From contig CM035351.1 of assembly GCA_020137815.1 (NCBI GenBank), positions 6,324,001 through 6,388,000 on the forward strand: a DNA stretch of 64,000 nucleotides, read 5' to 3'. This document shows positions 25,029 to 49,786 of this stretch, one piece after another. How positions within the stretch are numbered: the first letter of the stretch is position 1; every line of letters begins with the position of its first letter. Position numbers and translations under genes: made by a program. The notes beneath the pieces were generated by a model. It searched no databases. It had not been told where the DNA came from and saw only the letters and a list, made by a program, of their open reading frames with translations. Source of the DNA: Hormiphora californensis. Taxonomy: Eukaryota; Animalia; Ctenophora.

Positions 25029-28000
25029 TTAAGATCCCTTCATTCGAACCAGAATACCAGATACCAGCTGCTCGAAGGCATGGGTTAGAATCTCTCCAGG
25101 GTTCCTTAACATTGCTTCAGGTAAATCTCCGTGTGCCTGGTGTGTGAGAGAGAAGCATGTTAGTGGCGTTAGTCGAAACTGAAATCACTTTCGTTTTTGA
25201 ATATTCAGCTACCTTGAGTTGTCGTTTAACTGAATCTATACCAGTCTGTTCTAGAGCCTTTCTTTGAGTGACGAATATCCTTGTTATGGGGTCAACTGAA
25301 ACAATGTATGTGTAAACTACAACTGATATCAGTACACTCAATTCATGCTCTAAACTGAAGCCCCTAGATGTATCTGTTATATGTGAAGCCCCCACTGTTA
25401 CAACATGTTTCACACCCCCCCCTACAACATGTTTCTTACTGACCTAGTGGAGGGAACATGTTTCTTACTGACCTAGTGGAGGGAACATGTTTCTTACTGA
25501 CCTAGTGGAAGGAACATGTTTCTACTGACTAGGAGGACATGTTCTACGACCTAGTGGAGGAATCTGTTCTTACTGACCTAGTGGAGGGAACATGTTTCTC
25601 ACTAACCTAGTGGAGGAACATGTTTCTATGACCTATGGAGGAACATGTTCTACTGACCTGGGAGGGAACATGTTCTATGACCTAGTGGAGGGAACATGTT
25701 TCTACTGACCTAGTGGAGGGAATGCAGTGGATATCCGCAGCAAAGACTCAGCGCTGAGGAGAGTCCACACAACACCCGACACTCCACACTGTACCTGGGC
25801 CCACGCTAACAACTTATTACACGCCCCTAGGGTCTGCTGTATGGGGTACTGCACCGCCAGGTATGACAGGAGACACACCGCAAACAACTGTTTAGTTAGA
25901 GAGGGTTGTTGGAGCATAGTGGTACAGAACTTTGTTGCTATGTGGAGGGAGGGGACACCATTAACTAGTCCCTCCAACGAGGACAACTTGAACGTTTGCC
26001 AGCACACCAGCTTACTGAGTCCATCGTTCTTGATAAAGAAGTCATGGAGGAAGGAGTAGATGAGAGCACTTCTCTCGTGGCCCTGTCCAGCTTGTATGGG
26101 TCCCTCACTCTCCACCTCTGTGAGGTCCAGTAACATCTGAACAATAGCACTGTTCTGGATAGTCAGTACAGGGTTCTATTCTCATCAGCTGTGGCTCCAG
26201 TTGGTAACCTCGCCTCACACAGCGACACATACCCCTTGCCATGGAGAGAAGGATCCTAATACCAACTGGGGTCCGTGATACATCCTCTGACATACCAAAC
26301 AGGGTGATGGGGTCCTGCCAGAGAGTCTCCTCTGTTAGGGAGGGGTCAATGAGCACTCTGGCGGTTTGAAGCCATGTTTGTTGGGGGTTCAGAGCAGCAC
26401 ATCTATCCCACAGATCCCCAAAACACCTCTGTACCCGGGGTCCACACCTCACCACGTGGGGAACACACTCCGCCACAGCAGGGGGTGGGATGGTGGTGTG
26501 GTGCCTCCTTAACATCTTGTTAATCAGATAAAAACTCTTGTCACACTGACTCTTCAGTGAGTCCCTGATCTGCTGGAGGTAGGTCTGTACATTGAAGGTA
26601 TCTGTGTTGGTGTACAACTTGGCAAGATGATCCCGTGCCTCGTCCTCGGCAGGAGCTGCTGTGGGTCACACAGGAAGGGGAACTGGGTCACTAGCAGCTT
26701 CAGGAAGGTGGGTAGATCGAGAGATAGGAGGATCGGTTAGCACGGGTGTGAAGCAGGAGGGTCTTGGCGCTGTCGTCCCCCACAATAGCTGTAGTGTAGT
26801 CTGGGGAGGGGGTGTGGACTTGGCTGAGAGGAGGGCTCTACGGTATAGGAGGAGGTAGTAGAAGGAGAGGACCCGCATGTGATGGGTTTGGAGGGGGAGA
26901 GGAGGGAGGCTAGGGTCTCCTCGGGCATCCCATCCATCTTGGTCTGTCGTCCTGAACGGGATGAGGGTGTGTTAGAGACCTGAAGGGGATGGGGCGTTAG
27001 AGACCTGTACGGGATGAGGGTGTGTTAGAGACCTGAAGGGGATGGGGCGTTAGAGACCTGTACGGGATGGGGCGTTAGAGACCTGAACGGGATGGGGGTG
27101 TGTTAGAGACCTGTACGGGATGGGGGTGTGTTAGAGACCTGAAGGGGATGGGGGTGTGTTAGAGACCTGAGATGGTGTAGAACGAGGGTATGGGGTGTTG
27201 AGCCTCAGGTGGGTGTTAGCAGACCTTACGGATGGGTGTTTGAGCCCTAACGTGGGGGTGTGTAAGACCTGAACGGGATGGGGGTGTGTTAGAGACCTGA
27301 ACGGGATGGGGGTGTGTTAGAGAAAATTACCTAGGGTAGTAAAACAAGTAGATTCAACCATCTCACCGGGTATCAGTACCTATACTACTACTTATTATTA
27401 AATTGGTAGTTCAACTAAACCATATTATATAATATTACCTTTAGCGGACATAATGAATGTAACAGAGGCAGCGATGACGTCACACAGGACTGGGTGCACT
27501 GGCTCCTCACTAGCCTCTATCTGCTTAGACAACCTGATGGGTAGACGTAATCACTGACTACTGTTATAGCAAGAAACTGATCCTAGACTGCCATCTCGCC
27601 CTACAAACCACCTTTATCTCAATCCTTTTCATACCATGCCGAACCTCAATACAATTACCAGTCAAACAGACGGGGAGGGCAGGAAGGGTTTCTGGAGGTG
27701 ATCAGTTGAGAGAGACAGTGTATTGGCAGGTAGCCAGGAACAGAGGCGGATAAACCGGGGGTAACTGGTAGCTTGGCAATCTCCGCTACTATCTGGGCCT
27801 CACTCTGGAACTGGGACCACAACGTCTGCACTGTTGCCGCGTGACCTGGAGATAGACTGCGATTAGTAGTGTCCAGAAAACAAAATCTATCTAATATTAA
27901 CTTCTTGTATAGCTTCTGTTTGAACACGAATAGTATTTTCAGTAGGACGGAAGAGAAAAAACTGGAGTCCCCAGGACTACATTATTATTCTACTTGCCTT

Positions 28001-31000
28001 GCTCGACCCTGTTTCCCGCGTCCCGCTTCTCTTACAAATGTAAAAGGAAGGTTAGAACATTTAAACAAGAATTGCACTACTACTTACCTGCTGATACGTT
28101 GACGGTGATACCGGTACATTGGGAGAGCATGGGTGATATCTGCTCGTAACTCCCACTATGAAGATGCATGCCCACAAGTAGCAATAGTTGGGCGGTACCA
28201 GGGGAGGGGGCCCGCAGTAGGAGGGATAACCACGTTCTGAGGCAGCCATTTACCTGGCGGAGGGGTGTTGGAAACTGCAATATATGTTTAAAATCATGTT
28301 CCGTAAAATACAGAACATTCAAAGAGAAATGCAACTGTGAAACTATTGATGATGAGATGAGAGAGTAGTAACTAAATACACGTAAAAGGTACAAACTATA
28401 GGATCGTATCAGGGATTATAATTTCTAATAAACTAGTGAAATTTTGATTGTGATTATTTTTACCTCGGCGTTCTGGTTGAGTGAGTTACAGGATAGGTAT
28501 AGAGATAAGGATAGTTTGGTAAAGAGGTCCCCCTCCTCTCCGGGGTACGGCTGAAGGGACATCAGCTCAGTCAGTGCCTTGCTCTCTCTCGCTTCTAGAG
28601 ATATCCTGGAATGGGGTTAAACATGGGGTCATTCTCATGGTCCCCACTAACGAGTAACCAGTGGTAACCACCAACAAGTAACCACTATAACCACATAATA
28701 CTAGCAAGTAACCACTAACTATACCCATTGGCAACAAAGTTAACCCTCCCTTGCCGGCGCTAAGTGCGCTCTACGAAGGGGTTATTTCGTAACCAATTAT
28801 CACCCATACTTAGTTACGAAGTCACCCCTGTTATTATATTGCGTTGTGAGCTTCTGCAGTAATTTCATTTACCAACAATCCCCCATACCTGCACTGATTG
28901 GTAATGTTGAGGTAGAGCACTAGGGCAGTGTTAGCTTTGTGTGTCAGTCCGGCTGTCATTTTGCCAACTGTCCGTGTAGCTTTACTCAAATCATTTCGTA
29001 TGGACTCGTCGAGGAAGGAGCAGTAAAATCCTTCTGTCAAGGAAGGAAGGTGTTAGTTACTCATTGGAGAGACTGTATCAAGTATCAAAACACACAGTAT
29101 AGCACCCTAATAAGGGGCTAATAAGTAGTATAATGATGCCCCCTCATCCTCATTTATGTTTCTTACCATCCTCTTTGGGTCCGTTCTGTCCCTCACACTC
29201 CTTCACAATAACAGTGACACTCTCTACCAACTGAGTCCTGATGTCCGAGAATCGCAGCAGGTTCTCAAACAACTTACTCTGGAAAAGAGGAAGTTAAAAT
29301 AATATTTCAAAGAAAAAGTTAAAATAGATAGAAAACAATTTCTAAATTACCACAGATACAACTAAATATAATACCTCATTCTTTACAAACTCCACGAGTG
29401 ATGTAGTGTTGCTCTCCGAGAAGAGAGAAGACAGTAGAGTAGACACGTCAAGGGTTGAAGGGTATAGGAGGGTGTATAAGAGTAGTCGCTTTCTGATGTT
29501 GGTGATGTGATCCAGACTGACATAACTCGCAACATTACTTGCTAGCTGACCCATCTCTTTGATATGGCATTTGAGACGCTGAAAAACATAGTTTTATAAG
29601 AACCTGTCTCAGAATACTGCAGGGGCCTGATTTAAGGCCCTTATAAGGCTAGGAATTGCCGATGTCCCTTGGTTGCCCCTGATACTAAAAAGACTTCTCT
29701 GTTTACCCCCTCAGAAATCAAAATGGCCCCTTTCAATAAACTACCGTTTCCACAGTTCCTCTTGACTCTAAAAAGAGCTGTACCAGACCATGTAGTATTT
29801 CAGCGGCTCTATCCGGGTGGTTTAGAACCAGTCGCTCAATGAAGAACGCACTACCCTCCACCTTTACTAATCTACACACTATCTGACATGCATTGAACAA
29901 CTCCGGAACTCGGAAACACCTGAGTGGGAGAGAGGAAAGGAGGTTACAGTGTGGGAGCTAGGGACCAGGGGGTACAGAGGGGGTTACAGTTTGAGAGCTA
30001 GGGACCAGGGGAGTACAGATGGGATTACAGTGTGAGAGAGGGGAGTACAGATGGGAATGGGAACTACACTCCAATATGGGCCCTGGTTCAGACGCTGCAA
30101 CGTTCGTCAGTTTTATAATAAAAGTGGTGACCTGCATATCAGATATCTCTACTGTATCACTCATTACTTACAGCACTACTTACTGTATCACTCATTACTT
30201 ACAGCACTACTTACAGCATACAGATGATGGCGGCAATGTGCTCCTTGTATCCAGTATACTGGAACAGCTCACAGGACGTGATGTTGAGATCCTCAGTGAG
30301 GTGAATTAACTGACTAGCCACCACACGTACCATACCCTTGATCTGGTGGAGATGGGGGATTTAGTTGTCTTGATCTGGTGGAGATGGGGATTTAGTTGTC
30401 TTGATCAGGGAGATGGGGCATTTAGTTGTCTTGATCAGGGAGATGGGGCATTTAGTTGTCTTGATCAGGGAGATGGGGCATTTAGTTGTCTTGATCAGGG
30501 AGATGGGGGATTTTAATTATTCAGACTCTCTCTCTCCCACACCGGTTAACAGTTCTACTAATAGCTGGTTATAATGTTCCCCACTCACCTGCCCCTTTGC
30601 GAATGTATCATCAAGTCTGGTGAGATCAAACAGAACTGAGTCCTGGGGTCTGGAATCAGGTTTTCTTCTAAGATGCTGTTCCCTCCTTGCATCCAATATC
30701 AGTTCAGTCAAGTCCAGTGTAGGTAGGGATGATAGTTGGGAGAATACACTGTAGAATCTTATAACCTGGGGAGTTGGGAGGTTAATAATAACCGGGCAAT
30801 AGGGCACAATCTATGAATCACATGGTGCTGGAAAGCGCACAACCTCATCTCACCTTTATAATGTTAACTTTACGTGCCCCACTAACAGATGCTAGAAGAT
30901 CAGATAGGATGGGAAGGAAGGGAAGGAGAGAATCTGGGTTTTCTGTACCTAAAACGCTGTCTAGGTCTCCCTGAGCTAAAGCCCGGTATATGGACCTGAC

Positions 31001-31021
31001 CTCGTCCTCATGTTCAGCCAT
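25029..31021 (-). CDS. INTS2: Integrator complex subunit 2, multi-exon
   Basis: LPVTPGLSASVPGYLPIHCLSQLITSR, QDPITLF, IYSFLHDFFI..SKLVCWQ..LVNGVPSLHI..KQLFAVCLLSYLAVQYPI and AFPPL match INTS2. ATG at 31021. Confidence 0.88.
25426..25721. repeat. ~29-bp minisatellite duplicating an INTS2 exon end and splice donor
   Basis: Unit AACATGTTTCTTACTGACCTAGTGGAGGG, about 10 copies. Confidence 0.9.
26950..27322. repeat. ~28-bp minisatellite duplicating an INTS2 splice acceptor
   Basis: Unit GAGACCTGAACGGGATGGGGGTGTGTTA. Confidence 0.9.
30338..30510. repeat. ~30-bp intronic minisatellite at an INTS2 acceptor
   Basis: Unit TCTTGATCAGGGAGATGGGGCATTTAGTTG. Confidence 0.85.
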
Positions 31022-31290
31022 TGCTACAATGTTGTAATGTTGGTAATTGGAAGGGTTAGAGACATTGTATGAATCATGGGTATTTGTGTAAAAGTTATAG
31101 GAATCAAAAAGAGTTAAAGTTACATTTTAACAAGTCAAAATTGTGAAAAAACTAAAAATTAATCATGTTTAATAATGCTAAGATCCTTCAAAAAAAGGAA
31201 ATAGGAGTTATTTTTTAAACAAAAAACTGTTTGTGATCAAAGATCATTCTAAAATGAATGAAGACAGTAGAAAACTCCGGGTCGATAGAT

Positions 31291-37646
<6,356 letters not shown>

Positions 37647-37939
37647 TACCTTGTCAAGAGAGGGGGAGTTGGTTGGTTGGTTGTGAACTAAATTAATACA
37701 TTTTTGAAATTAAAAGTTTGAAGAAATCAAAAAACAACTGAAGAATACTTTTTAATAAGATACGATTTGATCACCAGACATATAATAAGTTAAAAACCAA
37801 GTCAATTTAGAAGACACCATACACAAGTCACAAAGTAATATTATGTTTCAATTTGGTGATAGCCATCCCTTTTCGTGGGCTCGTTTCGACGGTCATTCGA
37901 GCGAGCTGTTTCGTCCAATGGTTCGAATCTCTCGCCTCT

Positions 37940-38643
37940 TTATTCCCTTTTCGTTTTCCCTATACTTCTAGCTTTAAGTTTCACCATTTCTCCCCACAAT
38001 TGCTCAGTGGAGCATCTGGCGCACTGGCCCGATATTGGCAGGAGCTCCCCCTTTGAGCACCATTTCCCAGCGAGACAAACAGAGTGGAAGACACAGTGCC
38101 TCTTGATGCAATATATCCCGTCCTCTACAGCCACATCCTGCCCACATAAACAACAGTCCCCAGTTAGAGTTGCAATGGGTGTCACACACTCCTGATCAGT
38201 GTCTTCAATCGGTCCATACGCTATCGGCATGTGTATGGGAGGATTGAGGGGTTCCTTGTACTCACTTTTCATCCACTGCACCACCAGAGGCAGGCGTTTC
38301 CAGGTATTTGACTGCAACATTATGTCTAAGATTCTGATCTGGTATTGAACCCCCGTCTCACTGTGTTTCTTCTTCCAAGTGTGCTGTTTTAACCGTTTTG
38401 ACACCTTAGGATTCTGCCAGGCCCACTCGAAAAACCAACCCTGCCGTGCGTGTTGGAAAGTTATGTATACACATTACCATATCCCAATGGTGCAAGTTTG
38501 GCGGTTTTGTGAGCGCCTCCCGCCTGAAAGCGGTTGTGCTGGAGAATGCGGCGTCCAGGATACACAGTGTACCCAATGTAAGTGCCGGTAACGGATTTGT
38601 TGCATTGGCTGCTGAGTAAATACACTGCATGGAAGCCGTCCAT
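37940..38643 (-). CDS. SLX1: Structure-specific endonuclease subunit SLX1 (GIY-YIG plus C-terminal Cys-rich finger); two +1 frameshifts in this sequence
   Basis: FHAVYLLSS..TYIGYTVYPGRRILQHN..GGAHKT / WDMVMCIHNFP / FEWAWQNP / WKRLPL.VQW..PPIHMPI / CCLC..C..C..HSVCLA..LLPISGQCARC..WGE. No introns are apparent. Confidence 0.88.
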
Positions 38644-38702
38644 CTGTTAACTGTAAAGAGAGATTTGAGCGTTTGTTGCGAATCTATTGAGTCGCCTGAC
38701 AC

Positions 38703-39015
38703 CAGGGGCGGTGCGCAGCTTTCAGCCGCTCTGGTCAAAATGCGGCCGAAACATTTTTAACTTGCACGTTCCGTCGAAATACGCAATGCGGATGGTCCGC
38801 ATTGGCTATTTTGACGTAGCGCGCCGATCAAAAAATACTGCGACGGCAAAAAACCTGTGTGGCGCACGGATTTCACTAAAAATCTCATTTGAAACATCAA
38901 ATTTTGAGAAAAATTGACCTTTTGGCTTTTTCCTTGAATTTTTTCTTCTTCTCTCCGTGATCCAAAGTAAAAATGCGGACGCGTCCGCATCGTCCGCATG
39001 GCAGAGCCGCCCCTG
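38703..39015. mobile_element. hAT-like MITE with 8-bp TSD CCTGACAC
   Basis: CCTGACAC|CAGGGGCGG...CCGCCCCTG|CCTGACAC. Confidence 0.88.
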
Positions 39016-39180
39016 CCTGACACTGTGTCGCGAATCTAGACCAACTGACAACTAAAACCTCTCGAACCTCGATGCGAAATTACAAGCTGCATAATCCAAT
39101 AGGGAAAACTGGTGCAGAGTAGCCCATACAATGAAACATGACCCATGCACTTTGGAAAATCTAAAAAGGATAAGGCAGTG

Positions 39181-39214
39181 CTTTTCAACACTACTTTAAA
39201 CAAATTAATTTGAG
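39181..39214 (+). other. Spliced-leader relic (ctenophore-type SL, 3' 34 nt)
   Basis: CTTTTCAACACTACTTTAAACAAATTAATTTGAG matches the Pleurobrachia/Hormiphora SL as I recall it. No GT follows, so it is not an SL RNA gene. Confidence 0.8.
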
Positions 39215-39270
39215 CAGGAAGATGAATCCGATGTAACAGCCCCAAAGGGCAGAAAAACGAAACGTTGATA

Positions 39271-40236
39271 ATGTCAGAAACGAAGTACGAGGGCGATAAC
39301 CCTGCGATAAAACGATTGGAAGAGACAGTAAACGACTTTGTTTCTGAAGTTTACTGGTTGAACTCTGCTGATGATCCCAACACGACGAGTATCACATCGG
39401 ATCAGTTTATTCAATGTTATAAATCGATCCAAGCTGCACCCGACTCAATGTTAACCAACGACAGTGTAGCTTCCCATTGCAATCACTGGGGTTCGTACTT
39501 CAGTCACTGTCTCAAGGACTTAACTGCGAATGAAATTATTGAGGCTACTTCGCGTATTTTTCTCTCCAGTATGAAACTTGCCAGAGCAACAATGAACAAT
39601 TTTGAAAATGTTATCAGCGCAGAAAAACTCGAGAAGCAACTACGTGAATGCAAAGAAGAACTTGATCGCCATCGTCTTAGCGTGATTGAGCTTCAGCAAA
39701 CGGTTATTGAAGCCCAAAAGCAACAACTAAGTGCAGTGTCAACTTCGGTGAAGAAGGTGAAAGCCTACTCTTCTGTGCTTGCACAGAATTGTGCTGCAAC
39801 CTCTCCTAAAGTGGTAAAACCACTAACGTCGCACCACCCTACTCCCGTCCAACAGCCCGGAAGAGAGAAGAACCTGATTGTGTTTGGTCTCCAAGAAACA
39901 ACCGATAGAGTAGCTAAAACTACTTTAGACGAACTTTTTGAGGAACTGCAAGAGAAACCGAAAGTGACAACGATAAAACGCATCGGGGAAAGAAATGAGA
40001 AACGTCCTAGACCGCTCTTAGTATCCCTGGAGAGGAGAGCGACTCTCCTGGCGCTTCTCAAAAAAGCACGAAACCTCAAAGACTCCAAACAGTTTTCGGC
40101 TGTTTATCTATCTCCGGATCTAACGCCCTCTGAACTGAAGGAGCAAAAAGCTCTCAGGTCCACTTTGAAACGGATACGACTAGAAGATCCAGACGGCTGC
40201 TATTTTATCCGTAACAATGTTATCCAAGTGGGATAG
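39271..40236 (+). CDS. LINE ORF1-like protein (coiled coil plus L1/CR1-type RRM/CTD), intact, with no ORF2 downstream
   Basis: Coiled coil EKLEKQLRECKEEL..., then REKNLIVFGLQE, IKRIGERNEKRPRPLLVSL and KARNLKDS..VYLSPDLTP, typical of ORF1p-like proteins. Confidence 0.85.
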   Translation: MSETKYEGDNPAIKRLEETVNDFVSEVYWLNSADDPNTTSITSDQFIQCYKSIQAAPDSMLTNDSVASHCNHWGSYFSHCLKDLTANEIIEATSRIFLSSMKLARATMNNFENVISAEKLEKQLRECKEELDRHRLSVIELQQTVIEAQKQQLSAVSTSVKKVKAYSSVLAQNCAATSPKVVKPLTSHHPTPVQQPGREKNLIVFGLQETTDRVAKTTLDELFEELQEKPKVTTIKRIGERNEKRPRPLLVSLERRATLLALLKKARNLKDSKQFSAVYLSPDLTPSELKEQKALRSTLKRIRLEDPDGCYFIRNNVIQVG

Positions 40237-40629
40237 TTCCCGACTAATTCACCGTTATCAGAGAACCGTGCTAGGAGCAGGCAGTCTGCTGCAGTCCCTT
40301 TCAAATGAAAGAAAACGAGTTGTCTGTAATTAAAACTGTGTCAGTGCGGGATATAAACTGTCATTTTTATTATTTATTATTATAAAAAAACAAAAAAAAG
40401 TAAAAACAAAAAAGTAAAAGAAAATCTAAAAAGTGGGTTTAAATTTTAGCTGCAGCTCAGCTTTGATTGCGCGGCGTTGAAATTTTTATGCCGCGCGGAT
40501 TTTAAAAGCAACGAAAATAGGTTAACTTGGCCGCTCACAAATAAAAAGAAATTCAATCTAAATTGGATCCAAATTACCAACAAACATGGATTTGGAGGTG
40601 TATCATTATTCTCACAAAATATTATTCAA

Positions 40630-41110
40630 CAGAGACAGTAGACAGAGACAGTAGACAGAGCTGAGACAGAGACAGAGACAGAGACAGAGACAGAGACAGA
40701 GACAGAGACAGAGACAGAGACAGAGACAGAGACAGTAGACAGAGACAGAGGCAGAGACAGTAGACAGAGACAGAGACAGAGACAGAGACAGAGACAGAGA
40801 CAGAGACAGAGAAAGAGACAGAGACAGAGACAGAGACAGAGACAGTAGACAGAGATAGAGACAGAGACAGAGACAGAGACACTAGCAGAGACAGAGACAG
40901 AGACAGAGACAGAGAAAGAGAAAGAGACAGAGACAGAGACAAAGACAGAGACAGAGACAGAGACAGAGACAGAGACAGAGACAGAGACAGAGACAGAGAC
41001 AGAGACAGAGACAGAGACAGAGACAGAGACAGAGACAGAGACAGAGACAGAGACAGAGACAGAGACAGAGACAGAGACAGAGACAGAGACAGAGACAGAG
41101 ACAGAGACAA
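40630..41110. repeat. (GAGACA)n microsatellite
   Basis: Hexanucleotide array. Confidence 0.95.
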
Positions 41111-42128
41111 CCGATGAAAATAAGACAGCCGCAGAGACAGAGACAGCCGCAGACTCAGAGATAGAGAATCAGAACGTGATCCGTTTTTTGACAATTAAAA
41201 TCCAAGAAAAATATACGCACTTTTTTAAGATTTAAAATATCAAAAGTCATAAAATAACTTATAGATTTGGAGAATAAATAATATGTACAAAGCTACTTTA
41301 CAACATCTGCATCATTCTCAGTCTAAACTTTCAACTTTAAAGTTTTTGGCACTAACCGGCCCAGGCCGAAAGAGTGTTTTAGGAATTTGGATTTTAAATG
41401 CTGGCTTAATCATTGTGGTTAATTAATTAAATGGTTCCTGGTTTTGATCTAAATTCTACCAAGTTTCGGGAAAAATTTGTCACAAGCTTTCCGCTAGTTT
41501 TGAATTTCTTATTAGCGCTCTTCGTTATCTTTCGTCTCTCGACATTTCCATTGCCGAAGTAAATAAATAGGAGTAAAGTTCCTGCAGCAGGGCATGCAAT
41601 AATTGTTTTCTAGAAAGAGAGAGAGGGAGATCATTTCGTCCAATCCGATTGCAGGTGTGAACTCTGTGTTGACCAATGTTCTTCAACTTGAGATGTGTGG
41701 AGGGAAACGTTTTCCGCTCAACGAGATAATGATCCTTTCCGGGTTGCGGACACACGTCGCATTCCCATCATGTTCTCTCCTCAATATATATATCTTTTTT
41801 CGGTCTCTAGCGAGAAGTGAGAGCCGCACCACGTTGACATTGTGAAAACGAATTGACGCCTAACACTGCACTGCGGAAATTCACATTTAATGGGGGTGCA
41901 TTATAGAGGGGCTGAGGGGGGTGACTCGCTGCAGGGGTGATTAAACTATTTCCTAGAAGAGAAATAAAACAGAAAATATATTGCCCTGCTCTCTATAATA
42001 GGACTCTAAAGTAAGTCATACTGCATGACCCCATCTCACGTGGTGTTATACCCGCAGCTAATAGGACAGTCTCATATATATGGGACAAGTCTGGAGATTC
42101 GAGTTCTCACCTGAATGAGCTGTTAATA

Positions 42129-47262
<5,134 letters not shown>

Positions 47263-47858
47263 TGTTTGTTGGTTTAGTGCACCAACAAGGGGGCTCTCAG
47301 AAAGACCCCTCAGGGGAGCTGCACTTAATTCTCAAAGAGACAATGGCATATAGCTTCACACAATGGGGAGGAGTTCACAATACCCAGCCTTAGTCTCTAC
47401 TCTCTAGATGCACCCACAGTGCAGTTAGAGTAGGGTCTTAATTAGCATCTTCATTCAACAAGCCCCACGTGGCGCACAATGGACCGCGTTGGAGAGATGG
47501 GGTCGGGGATGATATAGGGGGTTAGAAATAAAAGAGTTGGAACCATACTGTAAAATAAAAGTGGAATATGAGTTGACATGTTCCTAGTCTGTCAAGTGGA
47601 ATGAGCAGTGGCTATTGGTTGTCTGGAATATTTTTTGAATTTCATCCTGCAATATCTTGATTCCTAAACTAAATATGCATGCATGCAATGTTTATTAGGG
47701 ATTGACTGTGGCCGACAAACCATAGTCCCCCCCGCCACCTTACAGCTTCATATCAGTGGAGGCTGAAGCATTTCTGAATCAACCAAAATCCCCAATGAAT
47801 AAGATAAACCCGGTTGGCGGTTGCCTTAGATTCGTCTTGAAAACGCTTTGTTGAGCTT

Positions 47859-48313
<455 letters not shown>

Positions 48314-49192
48314 CTGTTATCTACTGTTAAGCGCGAGTTTCTTAAAAATAACATGCAAGAAAGCGGCGCGCAACATCAGATAACTGAGCGCCGCGCGAGC
48401 TTTCCTTGATCTTGATCTGATTTTCAAACTTGTGTTTTTTCGTCTGAAGCTTTCATTCTCAATGTTAAGGAGTGTGACTCTCTCACTCAGAGGATATAGA
48501 GGTGGGCGAGTAGAGAGCACAACGGACGATATATGTTTTATAATTTTGTTTAATAATTTATTTCTGACGTGTTAGCGCAAGAGCGCATTTATTTCAATAA
48601 CAACTGAGAACTCTCAGCATTAAAGATTGTTTACGGGAGCACTCTCCCCAAAAAAAAAAAAAACTTGTGTTTTTTCCGGTTTTTGTATTTTCACTTTTGA
48701 ACTTTGATTTTTGAAGTTTTGTTTTTAAATTTTGCCGACTTAACTTGAAGTTAACAAATAAAAAAATGTAAAGTGCGTTTCAAACGACTTGACCTGAGAT
48801 TCCTGGAAATTCAGGATTTCCCCTTTGTAAATACACGCGCAATGCGCCAAATTCCAAGAATTACGGGTCAAGTCGCTTGAAACGGACTTTAACCATGTGA
48901 AGTATGCCTTGAACTCAAAGTCAACCATAGAAATTTAATTGTGAGTGTCTTTTCTCAAAATAGCAAAATTGGTCATACCTCTTGTTCCTGATAAGATAGA
49001 GATTTGAAATTTGGAGGATTGTAAGAACTTCGCATGATCTTCGTAACCTATAAATTTCAGGTCTCCATCTCATCAGGGACCGCAGTTGTGGTCATTTTAA
49101 GAAATTTTGCTTGGGTTTCGTAATGGGTGAAGTGTGTGTGTTTTGTAATTAACTTATTATTTAACTTGACATTTAATGAAGATCTGGACTCC

Positions 49193-49476
49193 CAGGGGCG
49201 AAGCAAGGCTGGGTCCAATGGGTCCAGGACCCACTTTCTGGACGAAAGAAGAGAAGAAAATGGGAAAACTTGCCAAAAAGTGAAAAAATCGTCAAAAAAA
49301 GTGAAAAAATGAGCCGATTTTCAACTTAAAAAACGAATGCGCGCGAGAAAAAGCTAATGTGGCAGCGCTATTGACCAATGTGGTCCAGACCACCTTCGTG
49401 TGTTACATTTAAATGCATTTTCTGCAGCGCTGGACCCAAAAATTTTTTCGTGAATGAACGCCGCGCACCGCCCCTG
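49193..49476. mobile_element. hAT-like MITE with 8-bp TSD TGGACTCC
   Basis: TGGACTCC|CAGGGGCG...CGCCCCTG|TGGACTCC; same end type as 38703-39015. Confidence 0.88.
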
Positions 49477-49786
49477 TGGACTCCATAATAGTTGCCTCCT
49501 TAAAGGACATTATTGACAACAGACATTTCATATTTAAATTAATTTCTCGAGTTGTAGGCATTGGAGCCTCCTTCAAATGGCTTGGGCCCATACACAATTT
49601 GTGTTTGATCCCAGGCGATTCGAAGTAGGCTCCATCGGTTTTGAAAGTCGCTAGTTTAGTCTCTGTGCGTTAGCATATGTAAGTAATTCTCCAGCAGTTT
49701 ATGATGATATATTTTCCACGGTCTTAGAAAGTGTGAACTGTGAATAGAATTTAACCCAATTATACCAATCTACCTTACCATAATAG

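Larger units (their letters stand above)
39169..40419 (+). mobile_element. Retroposed SL-leader-bearing transcript with A-rich tail and 14-bp TSD
   Basis: GAAAATCTAAAAAG at 39155-39168 and 40420-40433. SL-like 34-mer at 39181-39214. A-rich tail at about 40384-40419. Confidence 0.85.

Noticed and set aside
39181-39260. SL RNA gene
   Set aside because: No GT donor after the leader. The sequence sits inside a TSD-flanked, A-tailed insert, so it is a processed copy.
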